Shown: piece after piece, positions 24,401 to 36,020 of the stretch
Numbering within the stretch: position 1 is the first letter of the stretch
How the letters are laid out: every line of letters begins with the position of its first letter
NCBI RefSeq assembly: GCF_964188315.1
Contig: NC_135661.1
Location: 29,698,001 to 29,762,000, forward strand
Reading direction: 5' to 3'
Source: Podarcis muralis
Lineage: Eukaryota
DNA length: 64,000 nt
Made by a program: the position numbers and the translations under genes
The notes under the pieces: model-generated
The model's database searches: none
What the model was told of the DNA's origin: nothing
Seen by the model: only the letters and a program-made list of their open reading frames with translations

Positions 24401-27400
24401 GTCTGCTGGTTCAGACAAAGAGCAAAACCGTGGTACATCTCAGATCAGGCTTGGTTGCTGGGAATCGCAACCTGATAGGTTCCTCCTCTCGTTATTCATG
24501 TAACGAAAGCAAATGAGAGAGAGCCTATGGACAGGGATTCAAGGCAGCTTACAGCTGAAGTAGAAACAGCTAAAAACATAGGGAAAAAGCAATAATTTTA
24601 AAAAAGTAAAGATTAATAGAATATATGTATACAGGATCTAATTATATCATACATAGTGTTAGAAGGGTACCACTTGCCATTCCTGGATGTAGGCTTGATT
24701 GTGATTTGTGGGATGCCCCCTGACTTTTATCTTTCCGAAGTCTTCTAGAGAGAAGCTGATCGACCATTACCTTGGGAACAACCCAGATGACTCGGCCTTG
24801 GATGGAACATACACCGGGTAAGGATGAGGAAGAGCCACAGCTCAGTAGTACAGCAGAAGGTCCCAAGTTCAAGTTGAAAGCTTTTCTATTCTGCCAGCCT
24901 CTTCAGGCAGAAAAGAGTTCATCCTTCCACAACGGTTTATTGATGCTTGTTTTTAAAAAACTTCTTTTTGCTTTTAAGTTGTTCTTAGCTTTTTAAAATG
25001 CTTTTATTGTTTGGTTTTAATCTTTTTAATGTTTTAAACCACTTTGATTTTTTTTATGATTTAAAGGTAAAGGGTAAAGGGACCCCTGACCATTAGGTCC
25101 AGTCGTTACTGACTCTGGGGTTGCGGCGCTCATCTCGCTTTATTGGACGAGGGAGCCAGCATTTGTCCGCAGACAGTTTCCGGGTCATGTGGCCAGCATG
25201 ACTAAGCCACTTCTGGCGAACCAGAGCAGCACACGGAAACGCCGTTTACCTTCCCGCTGGAGCAGTACCTACCGTATTTTTCGCCCTATAGGACGCACCT
25301 TTTCCCCTCCAAAAATTAAGGGGAAATCTGGGTGCGTCCTATGGGGCGAATGCAGGCTTTCGCTGAAGCTTGGAGAGCGAGAGGGGTCGGTGTGCACCGA
25401 ACTCTCTCGCTCTCCAGGCTTCAGGAAGACATCCGCAGCCTAGGCAGCCCTGCGGGAGGTCCCGCAGGGCTGTCTAGGCTGCGGATAGCAGCCTGCTTCC
25501 CGGAGCGTCAGGCGCCCTGAAAGCAGAGCGCCCGGCGTTTCGGGAACACCTCCGCAGCCTAGGCAGCCCTGCGGGAGGTCCCGCAGGGATGTCTAGGCTG
25601 CGGATAGCAGCCTGCTTCCTGGAGCGCCGGGCGCCCTGAAAGCAGAGCGCCCAGCGCTTCGGGAACACATCCGCAGCCTAGGCAGCCCTGCAGGGAGGTT
25701 CCGCAGGGCTGTCTAGGCTGCGGATAGCAGCCTGCCGCCCGGCGGACGGGGCGCCCTGAAGCAGAGCACCCCGCCCGCTGGACAGACATCCGCAGCGTGG
25801 GGAGCCCTGCAGGAGTTCCCCGCAGGGCTCCCCACGCTGCGGATAGCAGCCTGCCGCCCGGCGCGCGGGGCGCCCTGAAGCAGGGCGCCCCTCGCGCAGT
25901 GCAGACATCGGCCAGCCCCACAAGCTCGGGGCACAGCAGGGAGGCGCAGCGCCGCCATCCCGCTGTTCCTTGACCTGGTTCAGTTTCCCCGACCTTCTTT
26001 TGGGGGGAAAATAAAGGGAAAAAAATTTCCCTTTATTTCCCCCCCAAAAAACTAGGTGCGTCCTATGGGACGGAGCGTCCTATGGGACGAAAAATACGGT
26101 ATTTATCTACTTGCACTTTGTGCTTTCGAACTGCTAAGTTGGCAGGAGCTGGGACCGAGCAACGGGAGCTCACCCCATCGCAGGGATTCGAACTGCCGAC
26201 CTTCTGATCGGCAAGTCCTAGGTGCTGTGGTTTAACCCACAGCGCCACCTGCATCCCCTTTTATGATTTAACAGTACATAAATACATTTTAAAATATATA
26301 AATAATAACCCATCAACTCCAGGTCGGGCTGGAAGAAACTTATTGCCTGAATCCTGGGAGAGCCTCTGTCAGTCAGTGAAGGACCAGTGGTCTGGCTCGG
26401 AAACATAGGAAGCTGCCTTACACTGTGTCCTAGCTGTCAGCCAGAATTTCATTTCCCCCATCCCCTTGCAAATAAAAAAATAAAATAAAATCCTGTGTCT
26501 TAAACAGCTCCCCTAAGTCCCTGTTATCCCTCTCCTTCCCAGGAAGCCAGATTTGATTTCACCACTGGATGACCTGGCTTTTGACATGTACCAAGATCCT
26601 GAGGTGGCGCAGATAATCCGCAAGCTGGATGAGAAAAAGCACGAAGCAGTGCGCCAGGAGCATTACGACCATGCCAAGAAACTCAAGCAAGCTATTGCAG
26701 ACCTGCAGAAGGTAGGGCCAGAGCACGGTAGGGAAGGGCCACACACAGCCAACTGATTTCATTATTTGCAGCAGAGGTTTTTGCGGAGTGTCAGCAGTTA
26801 CTCGTAATCACACACATTTCCCTGCTCGCTGAGGATTGCGTACCCTGTGCCTGATGAAGAGCACAAGTGGCCCTGCAGAAGTTGTTGCACAACTCCCGTC
26901 CTCAACCCTGGCCATTGGCCATGCTGACCAGGGCTGATGGCAGTTGGAGCCCAACAACCTCTGGAGGAACCAAAGGTTCCTCACCTCTGCCAAAAATAAA
27001 TCAGTTGGTTCCACTGGGCTCTTTGCCCTCCTTGTTTAGACGCAGCACCCATAAACTAATAAAAGCAACAGCCAAACAAGAGCCCTTTTCCCCTCAGGCC
27101 CTCCACATTCATTTCTTCCTCTTTAAAAAAGCATTTTTTCCTTCACCTGTAGAGTTTATGCAGGAGGGATGAAGAGGCAATTATGCCCCAGAACCTTCCT
27201 GTGCTAGGAGTTTCAGCCTCCTTGGAAGGTGGGCCAAGAAACAGAGTTGCATTAAGTCAGAGTAGACCTGTTGGAATGAATGGATATGACCAACTTAGGT
27301 CCATTAGTTTCAAGGGGCCTTCATTCATCCTTCTCATAGAAGACCCTTTGAAACTAATGGACCTAAGTTGGTCATATCCATTCATTCCAGCAGGTCTACT

Positions 27401-30400
27401 CTGACTTAATGCAGGATGCAACCTGGAGTTTGAGAACATTCCTCCGGAAGGATTTTCAAGATGGGGACCTTTCCTTCTTTTCTCTCTAAAGATCTGAAAT
27501 ACCAAATCTAGGAGAGAAGGATATTATTTCTGTTTAGGGAGCTGACTCTTTTTTCAAGCCTGGAGGGACCAAGAAGATGTATCTGAAGGAAACTACAAAA
27601 GAGCCCGCCAGCTCTCTCTTAACACCAGCATGACAGTAAGAGAAGAAGGTTCTGCAACTTCCTTGTCTCTTCTTGGCTTTGGGATAAGCTGTGTCCACTG
27701 CAGAGAATTCGCAAGCCCATTGTTCCATTCCAGGCTCCAGCAGTGACCTCTGAGCTCCCCCTTCTTCCAGGTTGGCGAGCGGCTGGGCCGCTACGAAGTG
27801 GAGAAGCGCTGCGCCGTCGAGCGGGAGGACTATGACCTCGCCAAGCAGAAGAAGCAGCAGATGGAGGAGTACCGCCTCAAAGTGTACCAGCAGCTAGAGC
27901 TGCACAATCTCCTCGACCCAGATCTGTTGGTGAGCAACGTCCCTGGCAGGACGAGACAGGGACGAGATTGACCTTGCCCAGCTCTTCCTGCCATGCAGTT
28001 CAGAAGTATTGAGGGAGGTTTGGGATTAGGGTATAGAGGAGCCATCACTGAAGTCAGCTCCCATTGCAGCAAAGCTTTACTGTATGTTAAGATGTGATAT
28101 AACAGGGATGGCCCCAGATACTGTTGGACTCCCAGCTCCCATGACCAGTGGCCAGGAATGATGGGGTGAGTTGTCATCCCAGGACAACTGGAAGTGTCTC
28201 CCAAAATTGCTGCATGGCAAAATCTCTCTTGATGCACTTTTCTTCTGCCTCTCGTTCTCTCAGATCCGGCGGCCTCCCGACTTGCCTCTGGAACCTGTGG
28301 CTTATCCCACCACTTCTCCCCAGCAGAAAAGGCCTCTGCTTTCACCCCGGTGGGACAAAACCGAAGCAGAGAGTCCTGAGCCGCCTCCTCCTGAAAAGCC
28401 ACCAGAAGCTCCTTCTCCAGAGCCCCTTGCAGCTCAGGCCATCTCTCCTCCCGCTGCCCAGGCCCCCATCTCCACTGAGGCTTTTCCAAAGATCAACGTA
28501 AGCCTAGTTTTCCATGTGTCCTGCAGATTAACGTCCTTCTGCACACAGCTGACACTGGATATTTCTGTGGCCTCTTTTTTGCCTTCCTGCTTTGTTCTGA
28601 GGGCAGAGAGCAATTGTGCCTGCTTTCAGTTCAGCTGGGCTCATTGGTTGCAGTTTCTGTAAACCATCTAAGGCTGGGGATCCCTTTGGGCTGCTGAATG
28701 CTTCCCAATTGAGGAGCAGCGATGCCTTCAGAGTCAGAAAAATAACACAGGAATTGTAGGAAGTACGTAGCTTGGGCAGAAAAGTTTATCATCCTAGAGA
28801 AGGCAAAGGCAGCCATGCCTGGTCCTTTGTTTTCAGAGGATAGGTCTAAGTGACTTCTCGTCTTGAGGTCTGAGAGAACAGGGTGAGGAGGAAGTTGCCA
28901 AACAGGAAGCAACCTAAGATGTATGAGTTCAAATAACAAAGCAATAGAGAAGTCAGCATAGAGATGAAGGTACAGGGAAAGTCTGGGAAGCTGGAGGTCC
29001 CTCACTCTATCTGTCTTAACCCCGTTTCCTGAATTGGACCCAATTTTCCAACATTTTTTTGCAAGGGGGATGTTGCAGCAGATCACCATTTTTGTACTAG
29101 TTCTCCCATGGCTAGTGAAGCAAGTGAAGGGCTACAGCTGAGTGATGGAGCATCTGCTCTGCATGCAGAAAGCCCCAGGCTCAGTCCTCAATGGCATCAA
29201 GTAGGGCTTGGAATGTCCCCTGCCTGAAAGACTGGAGAGCTGCTGCCAGTCAGTGTATACAGTACGGAGCTAGTACTTTTTAAAAAACAGCGTTGTCTTT
29301 TTTTCTCTATCTCTCTTGCTAGGTTGAATTCTTACCTTACGATGAGAGGCCCCTCCCGACTATTCGTAAGCAGCAGGAGGAAGGCTTTCCCTACTTGGAC
29401 CCTGAGATAAACGAGGAGGACCCTGGGGACACCCCGAGAAGTGGCGTCGTTGGGGAGCCAGAGCCACTGACCGAGAAAGCATTGAGGGAGGCCAGCTCAG
29501 CCATTGAAGTGTTTGGGGAAGGCCTGGTAAAGACCTCGTAAACGTAGCTTAGTAATGGCAGGGCAAACGCATTACTTTCATGTATAAAGAGTACCCTTGC
29601 ACATTGCAGGATGGAGCCCTGGATAAGTGGTGCAGATGGTACAAAGAAAAGTGAATTGAAAATTGTTCCTATTTGAGCCAAAATCAGCTACCCAGGCCTC
29701 TTGGTCTGGCCTCTGGGGCTCTTTCCAGCCCCATACAGGCAACCTGGGAGGTGGCACTGAGAGTCAACCCTGCTCCTAGCTGCATAAACTCATCCTGGGT
29801 TTTGTTCCTCAGCCACGCCAGCGTGTGGTATTTATTTATTTATATGCTGCCTTTCGGCCGAGAAAGACATCCCAAGGGAGCTCACAAGCAATATAAATGC
29901 AAATGCAAACCTACCAGTCAAAATATAGTGCAATACCATAAAAATCAAACTAAATCGTAACATTTCAGAAGCGTTGACATGTGTTCATTTTCCTGCCATA
30001 AAGGCAGCAGAGTAAAAAAAGTGGAGCAAAAAAAGTGGAGAGCAAGAATAAGAACTTAAACAGCAGCGCCTCCTTTAAAGGGTTCTAGGCAGGGGAGTGG
30101 AGCAAGGCAGGTGGAATCACTTGCCCCTGGTGGCAGCAGCCATCTCTCCCCTGTAGCAGTACTGGCCAGGCTCTTCCTGATGAAAGAATGACAGGTGTCG
30201 GCTTTTGTGCAGATCTGGGCTGTTCCAGCTCCTGAACATTCCCCTTTTGCCAGGTTGCAGGGGCCTATTCCAAGACATGGTCCTACCGCGAAGACTCGTT
30301 GCTCGCCATATACAAAAAGATGACGGAAGTATCCACAAACACGCCAAAGGATGACCTGAAGAACCTCCTTCGGGGCGCCATCTTCCTCATAGTGAGAGCC

Positions 30401-33400
30401 ATAAAAGACATAGTCTCCTCGGTGAGCAATATCGGGGGGGGGGGGGCGGGTCTAACATCCCTGTGAATGCCCTCCTCTATATCTTCTAAATGAGAATGTG
30501 GGAGAACAAAGCGGCAGGGTCCAGTGACTCCCAGTTTCAGATGGTTGTAAAGGTTTCCACACGCAGCAGCCCCATGCAATCGAAATTTCTCTCCCTCTTG
30601 ACCACAGTTCCTGTTTTAACCACTTTGGTGGTTTCCTTCTGGTAGGTTTTTCAAGCTTCCTTAAAGCTCCTAAAGATGATCATCACGCAGTACATCCCCA
30701 AGCATAAACTTGGGAAGCAAGAGACCACTTACTGCGTGGAAAGGACCTTCCCCAACCTTCTCTCCAGGACGGGGGACTCCTCTGCCCGCCTTCGTGTAGC
30801 GGCTGCCAACTTCATCCAGGTCAGTCTAGTCAATACACAAAGACTTGCAGCTGCATGCAAGTGTTTGCCCGAACACACGACATTCAAGGTTCATGCATTG
30901 ATCACTTCAGCTGCATTACTGCAATGCACTCTCTGGGGGGCTTCACTTGCACATGATCTGGAAGCTGCAAGTTAGTGCAGAATTCTGTGGCATGATTGCT
31001 GACAGGTATGGAACAACTGTGTGTATCTATGTCACTACAAAATACTCCTCTTCTTTGTGTAGTTCTGAAATAAAACCTGTAAGGCTCAAACCACTGCTGA
31101 ATCTTGCAGGGCTTGGGAGGGCAGTTCTGTTTTGCTGAGTCGTGCCTTTATGGGCCACACATTAACCGCTGACCCGAGTGTGCCATGTCTTCTCCATCTC
31201 CCCCCAGGAAATGGCCCTCTGTAACGAAGTGAAGCCTCTTCAGATTATACCTGCTCACCTGGTGCAGCCTGTGAAGCCAAATTCCCCTACACATCTTGCA
31301 ATGAGCCAGGTGGAATTAGTGGAACGCTTGCTGAAAGACCTGGGGACGGATAACACCGGTTTTACCGTTGATAACGTCATGCGGGTAAGGAGCTGAGCTT
31401 CCAGTGATTTCTGAATCTGTCTAAGACGGCTTCCTGCATTCCTAATGAAGCCGCTTGCTCTAGGTGCAGCACAAACTCTGCAATTGTGCTTATACATCCA
31501 TACCCCACTCTCCTTTCTCAGTAAAATCACTTAGAAAAACTTCTTTGGAGGTGGGAGGTGTGTTGTCGATGTTGCAGGCATTAGCCACTAGCACCCTGCA
31601 CAGCCAGCTTTTTTCTAACACACAGGAAACCTGTAGAACCCATTTCCCCCCGTTTGTTTTTCAGGACATCAAATGTACACTTAAACCACCTCCATAAGAC
31701 TCAAAAAACGATTGCATGTTTTCTTCACCCTTAGTTTGCAACGGGAGCTCTGGAGCATCGAGTATATGAGGTCCGGGAAACAGCCCTCCGGATCATCCTG
31801 GATATGTATCGGCAGCACCGAGCCATCATCCTGGATTACCTTCCTCCTGATGATGCCAACACACGCAAGAACATTCTGTACAAGACGCTTTTCGATGGGT
31901 TTGCTAAAATAGACGGCAAACTCACAGAAGCTGAAATAAGGGTAAGAAATGCAACTTTTTTCAGGTCTTGTGGTTTTCGTAGGGGCTGTGCTGACCGAGG
32001 CAGGAAAACAATGGCCAGTTGCTGAAAACCACAGGAAGGGAGAGTGCTCTTGTGCCAGGATCCTGTTTGCCAGTTTCCTACAGATTGGCCCCTGTGAGAA
32101 CAGGATGTTGGAGTAGATGGGCCATTGGCCTGATCCAGCAAGCTGTTACGTTCTTCTGTGTGTCAGGCTCAACCCATCAGGAAGGCAAAGTGACTCTTAC
32201 TGGATCAGACCAAAATGCCATCTGGTTCAGCATCCACAATGACCAACCAGATGTCTCCAGGTAGCAAGCCATAGAGGAAGCAGGCCTCCCGCTCCCACTG
32301 TTTGTTGGTGATGCCAAGTATCCATAGGTGTACTCTTGGAACCAAACAACCTGTTCTCCATGAATTTGTCAAATCCCTCTTGGAAAACAGCCTTGAAGGC
32401 AGCAGCTTTCATCTTGTGGCCGTGTCACCATTGGCTTCTGTCTCTGCTCTCTGACTGAGTAAATTCTGCAGGTTGGTAGACAGGTGCATTCAGACATTGT
32501 CCCTGTCTTTACTCAATGTTCCTCCTTTTCTTTTTTTGATGCTGTGTAAGCTGGGAACTCGCAGAATCCTAGTTCCAGAAGACAATCAGGCCAGTGTTGT
32601 TGGTGACTCGGGCCCCAAACCCAGCAACCTTCAACTGTGTGTGTTTTGACAGGCGCAGAGAAAGACGGCTACCGACGAAGCTGAAAAGCAAAAGAAAGAC
32701 GAGATCAAAGTGTTGCAAGGTCAGCTGGCAGCTCTGAAGGACATGCAGACGGAAGCTCAGGCTGTAAAGGTATCTGATGGCCACCAAGGGTCTTAAAATG
32801 CTCTTCCGTTGCTTTATCCTTATGGATAGAAGGAAGTTATAGAACGTTTCTCTCATTCTCTCTTCCTGCCTTTTGAACTCTTCCACCATTGTAGACTGAA
32901 TGTGTATGCGTACCACTGTCCCTCCTAGTCAAGCTGCTTTTGTGGTGCCTCAGGTACTACCAGAACTGGTTGGTGGCATACACCATATATAAAAGCACAA
33001 CAGAACATCAAACATTTAAAAACTGAATATCCTACCACTTCAAGTGCAAAAATATAACAACCTTTCTCCTCCAGGATTGTTGCATCACTGAGATCTTTGG
33101 AAGCCTTGAATGAGCAACATCATGGTTCCTTAAACTGAGCCAGACAAGGCCAGCCCAAAACATTCTTATCCAGTGGTTTCCATTCTTTAACTTTGGGGAA
33201 GAACTGAAGCCCAATGAATTGCATGCAGAAGGTCATTCCTCAATATGCCCAAGTAGGGCTGGGAAAGACCCCCGTCTGAAACCCTGGAGAGCCACTGTCA
33301 GTTGGTATAGACCTGGGGTGGGGAACCTTTTTGACTCCACAGGCCACCATCCTTATCAGGATCAGCCTTGTGGGCAAAAAAATAGGGCCACACACCTGCC

Positions 33401-35970
33401 AATCACCCAACATCCCAAGAAAGTCAAGTGCAAAGTGCTGTGGAAATGAAGGTTTTTTCTCTGTTTTAGTGAAGGGTTCCATAAAAACCCATTCCTGAAT
33501 CAAACTCTGCCTCACGACACCAATAGCTTTTTGTGGTCTCGAGCAAAGAGATTTGTTATTTAATATCTTTTGTGGCTGGAAAGGGCAGGGACTGAGCCTG
33601 TGGCTTTCTGCATTTAGGAACATATCTTTTACCAGATATGCCAACTGTCAGTCATTGGGCTTCTGCTATGGCTTCAGCCACTTCCTTCTCCTTCCTTTTA
33701 ATTCATTGTTATTAACCAAATTTCTTCTTCAATTCCTCGGTTGCTGAACAAAGAAAAGGATTTCAGCTGGAGAGAGGGGACTGATCTGTGATGCTCCAGA
33801 TGTTTCTGGAGTCCAGCTCCCATCATGCCTGGCCATGCTGGCTGAGATTGATGGGAGGTGGAGTCCCAACAACATCAAGGTTCCCTGCTGCATAAGCACT
33901 TACCTGGGAGCAGGTTTCCCTGAACTTTAGGCTGGCTTCTGTATAAACAAGTGTAAGAATGTACTGTGATTCTGTTTGCATTTTTGTTTTTAATTTATTC
34001 TACTTTTCTTCTTCAGGAGAAAGAGAATGATTTTCAGAAGTCCAAGGCTCAAGGTAGGCACTTTTTTTAAAACCCAATATCCTCTCATAGTACATGCCTT
34101 TTATAAATCGTATTTGTAAAACTGCATATTCAATTCATCTTGAGTCTTGGATTGCCGTGGGTCAGAAGAAGTCAGAAAGCTATGAGTTCAGTAAACAGAT
34201 CTTAATGGGGGCATTAGTTACATGTTAAGAGTATTTTAAGTGATGGAACAGAATTCCAAGTTGTTGTAGTCTGTGTGGTGTATTCTAAGGAAGAGGGTGG
34301 GGACATCCAAATTCCTCACTCAGGTAACTCAGGAGCAGGTGAAATTCCTGCCTTCCATACAAGCAACTTTTATTTTATTCTTACTTTATTCTTTTGCACA
34401 GATACTGCCTTGTTTGCCCTCTGTAGACAGGAGAAGGCCATTGCTGCAACATTGGAGGCTCATTTCACTTTCTCCTTTTCCAACGTGGCATAGTCTCTCA
34501 TCTGCCAGCACGTGCCCTTCTGCCTTCAACAATAGTGGGCAAGGCTGATGAAAGTGTTGTATTCTTCCCAGCAATAAAATACATTGCACTCTGCAGTGCT
34601 TAGAAGATGTGACACCCCCACCAAGTGCACTGCTGTCAGGGATGCCCTAAGCTAGCCTTTTGCAACCTTGGGTTTCCAGATATCGCTGGACTCCCATCGG
34701 CCTCAACCAGCATGGCCCAGATTGTCAGGGATGATGGGAATTGTAGTCCAACAACATCTGGGAACCCTGGGTTGGAAAAGGCTGTCCTAATGCATCCTCC
34801 GCTAACCCCTCCCCACAAAGTGTCCTTTTTCACAGGGAAATATATTTCAACACTGGTTCATTTCATTTCTTTTTTCTTTCCCTCCGCCTTCCCTTTATTT
34901 CCTTCTTTTTAAGCCGAGTTCTTGAAAAAAGCCCCACAGCCTCCAAAAGCAGACACTCCAGATGACCACACTTCAGTTGCAAATTACCTCGACAAGTAAG
35001 TAAGAAAAATATCAGTGAGCAGTTAGTTCCAGAACAGATAAATCGGGCTGAATAAGTCAGAACTGCCCATCTTTTGGCCGGATTTTTTTTTTTAAGTTCT
35101 TTGCCCTGCTTCCCTCCTCTGCTGCAGCCTAATGGAACGGCCGCTGCCAAGTGATGAGACTGAAGGAGAAGCCTGGCTTCTCAGCAGAACTAGTGGTGGC
35201 CCTGAATCCCTCTTTATATTCTGCACCCCAGATTCAAATCCTGTGTTCATTGTACATTAGGCAAAAGTTGTTTGCATTTGTATAGGCCGACTGCCAATGC
35301 ATTAGCTTGTCCAGTTTGCATTCTTTGCCATAAATCACCCTGCAGGTGCCTCCTTAACACAGTGGTAGGAAGAGAGATTTGACCACAGAGTGGGATATGC
35401 AGGACATAGATGTGCCCTGAGTCCCTCATTCTAAAGCCAACCAGGGTGCAGGAGGCCCTGCAATCCCTCTGCCTTGACCTCTGCCCTCGTTGCTCTTCCC
35501 CAACTCCAGCCTCTGCATCTTCTGTGGGGAGAGAGACGAATCCTTCACAGAGGAAGGCCTGGATCTCCACTACTGGAAACATTGCCCAATGCTGACAAGG
35601 TGCGAGTTCTGCAAACAGGTGAGCCCCCGCCATGAACACGCATTGTGCATTTTTGAGGGGACCTTGGATGTGTGCCACAGCAGGGACTGTGTTGGTGAGC
35701 CCTGCAGTAGCAGCCCAGAGATCTGAGAAAGGTTGGGGAGAGACATGGCTCCCCTTTGGTGCAGCATGTTGTAGTCCTGTCTATCTTTGCTGCTCTAGAT
35801 GTGGCAGTCATTTTGTGTCATGCCATGCCCCTGTCCTGCAGTTGTTTTGGGACTGGCGCCTGCAGCACATTCTCAAAACTCCAAAATGTGCTTACTGGCC
35901 CAGAAAGGTGAGCAACCTCTGATCCTGTAAGTGAGTTCATCCCATAGAATGTGGGTCCACTCCAGCCCAT

Positions 35971-36020
<50 letters not shown>

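Noticed and set aside
25189-25958. Several overlapping GC-rich ORFs on both strands
   Set aside because: Derived from the SINE and the tandem hairpin units of the nested MITE.
32770-32777. Donor GTATCTGA as a possible U12-type intron
   Set aside because: Does not match GTATCCTT, and the acceptor has a normal polypyrimidine tract.
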